Assembly: GCF_006345805.1 (NCBI RefSeq) | Contig: NC_043023.1 | Coordinates: 4,960,001 to 5,024,000, forward strand | Length of the DNA stretch: 64,000 nt | Reading direction: 5' to 3' | Source: Octopus sinensis | Lineage: Eukaryota | In this document: positions 61,505 to 64,000 of the stretch, piece by piece | Layout: every line of letters begins with the position of its first letter | How positions within the stretch are numbered: position 1 is the first letter of the stretch | The notes under the pieces: generated by a model | The model's input: only the letters and a program-made list of their open reading frames with translations | The model's database searches: none | Told to the model about the DNA's origin: nothing | Made by a program: the position numbers and the translations under genes

Positions 61505-64000
61505 ATGATGGACTCTGATTCATCCAGGGCTGGCATTGAGTCTGCATCTCGGAATCACAGAACAAAGAAGAAGAAGAAAAAAGGCTCAGCAGGTAAATCC
61601 CCTAGTACCAAGGGAAGTACCTTAAATGACTGTAGTCCCAAGGATGGGAACATTGACAACAAGACACCCTTGAATCCTCTCATGGATACCTCAAATAATG
61701 TTGAGTTAGGGACCAATTCATCAGACCCTAAAGACACCCTAAATAATATTGACACTCTAGATCCTAATCCGGATATAGCTGGTGCCACTGATCCTAAGAA
61801 CAAGATGATGGGGTCAGCCCCTATAAGCACATTAAACAATATTGACACTGGCATCAATGTCTCAGAGTCTGGTTTAACTCTTGCTAAGGATTCTTGGATA
61901 ACTAAAACTGATTCTACAATTGAGAAGAAGAAGAAAAATTTGAATTCTCCCCAGAATAATTTAGACAACGTTGAGATTGAGGTGAATAATTCAGATTCTT
62001 GTCCAACTTTTCATAGCAGTTCATTGATAGAAGAAGCTCATGGTAATGTTAATCTCAGAAATCTCAGAAGTACTGGCATTGAAAGTGATAACATGGGTCA
62101 TGCAGAATCAAGTGACCCCCATGAATCAGATGCACCTCACCCCTCTGTCAACAGCAACATTGGCTTGGAATTTCCATATACAGAAAGACTGGTAGAAAAC
62201 ATAGAGGGTGCACAGCAGTTCACTTTGTTCCGTCAGCTGACCTCTATGGGAAAACTTGAAGACATAATTCTAAGAAATAGCGTGAGGGTTTTGAAGCTGG
62301 TGGGTTGTCATTTGAGTTCACTGCCTGAAGACTTGGGTAACCTGTTATATCTGGAGGCCTTGGTATGCAGTGAAAACAAACTCACAGAGCTTCCACAGTC
62401 TGTTGGTTATCTTCAGCATTTGAAAGTGTTACAAGTTGATATGAATCGCTTAAAACAGCTTCCGGCAAACATCGGATCCTTGAAGTCTTTGAAGTTGCTT
62501 GCTGCCAATGACAACCAGTTGGAGTATCTGCCAGCAAGCATTTCGGTGCTAGAAAACCTCCAGACTCTCGACTTGTCGAACAATTGTTTGCGAAGCCTGC
62601 CATTACACTTTCAGTCATCTTCATGTCTCAACCAACTTTACATCCAGAAAAACTCTATTGAAAAGTTACCACCTTGGATAGCAAAATTGTCGAAAATTCA
62701 AGAATTCCAGGTTGGTGAGAACCAGTTGACCGAGTGGCCGGACTTTGAAGAGTTTGGTCGCACAGCCACAGAGCTCACGGTGTTAGATGTGTCAGAAAAC
62801 CGGCTGAGTGCTCTGTCCAGTGGCTTTGGAGGACTACAATCATTGAATTGTTTAAATTTGGGCCGAAACCCTTTTGTTGACAATCAGAATGCAGAATGTG
62901 TTGGCAATCTGTTGAAAGGGCTGCCAGACAGCTTCTGTCAGCTCCATGCTGTTACTTTGTTAAGCATTGATGGGAATTGCTTGCAGAACTTACCCGATAA
63001 TTTTGGTGATTTGCGGTCCCTGAAGATGCTGAACCTGTGCGACAACGAACTTGAAGCGTTACCAGATTCTTTCTCTTACCTGAACTCTTTACAACTATGT
63101 CTGCTTTCAAGGAACTCACTGAATTGCCTACCTGAGCAGTTTGGACACCTGCCTGCTCTCAAGCACCTGGAGGTGTCTCACAACAACCTGGTGGACTTGC
63201 CATCATCATTTGGTAAGTTGTCTACGCAATTAGTCTACCTAGACCTTTGCAATAATTGCATCCTGCATGAACTAAAGATCCTTGAGAAATTCGAAAGGCT
63301 CACCTTCCTGGACGTTGGTAGCAACCCATTTGTGCAGTGTGATTTGTCGTCCACCTCTCGTGCTGTGAATCCCCAACTCACCTCAGCCTGTAAGCACTAC
63401 TTCACTACATCACTTGCAGGACAGTTTGAAGATTTTGATAGTGACGAAGAAGGAAGGGATGAAGGTAAAAACTGTGATGATGATGATGAAGATGATGAAG
63501 ATAAAGATAAGAAAGGAAAGGTTGTATATAGTCAAATCACATATCAACAGGGAGATAAAGACACATTGCCATCAAGAAATAACCACCAATCTTCTCCTCA
63601 GAACTCTCCTTGTGGCATAGATAGCTCGTTTGTGGGTCCTACAGAGTCATGTAGTGACCCCTTGAAATCTTCAATGACCCTAACCCAGCAGCTCAAAGGC
63701 AACATCACGGACAGTGATGATGGCACGAAGCAGAATCATGTTGCAGCAGAAATCCACAGAATGTCTTGTCACCGTGACAACAGTGTCAATACAGATCATC
63801 ACCATAGTAACCACACCGACAAGAGAAACATGTCTGAGGTGAAACGAAAAGAGGAGGAAGACTGGGATGAAGAGGAATGGGCTGGAGACAGCAAAGTGGC
63901 CCCTGCTTGTCGTGACCACACCATGAACACTACCATGACAAACAACACTGTTAAGCACAATTCCAGCTGCAGACAACCCACCATGACCACCACAGGTGCT
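61505..64000 (+). CDS. Leucine-rich repeat protein (about 15 intracellular 23-aa LRRs) with disordered N- and C-terminal regions; 3'-incomplete
   Basis: Uninterrupted frame of 832 codons from ATG 61505 to the window end. Acceptor ttttag| at 61494. LxxLxLxxNxLxxLPxxxGxLxx repeats at about 62280-63330. KKKKKK and KKKK basic clusters, acidic D/E tract. Confidence 0.93.
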   Translation, partial: MMDSDSSRAGIESASRNHRTKKKKKKGSAGKSPSTKGSTLNDCSPKDGNIDNKTPLNPLMDTSNNVELGTNSSDPKDTLNNIDTLDPNPDIAGATDPKNKMMGSAPISTLNNIDTGINVSESGLTLAKDSWITKTDSTIEKKKKNLNSPQNNLDNVEIEVNNSDSCPTFHSSSLIEEAHGNVNLRNLRSTGIESDNMGHAESSDPHESDAPHPSVNSNIGLEFPYTERLVENIEGAQQFTLFRQLTSMGKLEDIILRNSVRVLKLVGCHLSSLPEDLGNLLYLEALVCSENKLTELPQSVGYLQHLKVLQVDMNRLKQLPANIGSLKSLKLLAANDNQLEYLPASISVLENLQTLDLSNNCLRSLPLHFQSSSCLNQLYIQKNSIEKLPPWIAKLSKIQEFQVGENQLTEWPDFEEFGRTATELTVLDVSENRLSALSSGFGGLQSLNCLNLGRNPFVDNQNAECVGNLLKGLPDSFCQLHAVTLLSIDGNCLQNLPDNFGDLRSLKMLNLCDNELEALPDSFSYLNSLQLCLLSRNSLNCLPEQFGHLPALKHLEVSHNNLVDLPSSFGKLSTQLVYLDLCNNCILHELKILEKFERLTFLDVGSNPFVQCDLSSTSRAVNPQLTSACKHYFTTSLAGQFEDFDSDEEGRDEGKNCDDDDEDDEDKDKKGKVVYSQITYQQGDKDTLPSRNNHQSSPQNSPCGIDSSFVGPTESCSDPLKSSMTLTQQLKGNITDSDDGTKQNHVAAEIHRMSCHRDNSVNTDHHHSNHTDKRNMSEVKRKEEEDWDEEEWAGDSKVAPACRDHTMNTTMTNNTVKHNSSCRQPTMTTTGA

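Overview
Eukaryotic, repeat-rich genomic DNA. The SINE/LINE repertoire and gene structure suggest an octopus or other coleoid cephalopod; this is an inference, not a database result. I reconstructed two protein-coding genes on the + strand by hand. (1) NUF2 (Ndc80 kinetochore complex): 11 coding exons from 9472 to 46815 with consistent GT-AG phases, giving 437 aa. (2) A leucine-rich-repeat gene with a candidate non-coding first exon (~57090-57200) and one very large coding exon (ATG 61505, at least 832 codons, about 15 LRRs, open to the window end and therefore missing from the ORF track). The rest is tRNA-derived SINEs, RTE/CR1/R4-like LINE pieces, Penelope-like elements with hammerhead-like motifs, Tc1/mariner/pogo remnants, Helitrons, nested MITEs and long microsatellites. 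The most striking observation is a 134-bp, 97%-identical inverted copy of the LRR gene's own coding sequence in its upstream intron (60634-60767 vs 61755-61888), capped by a chimeric fold-back hairpin. It is a candidate newly born ADAR editing-complementary sequence. Repeat coordinates are approximate unless a TSD or TIR is quoted.
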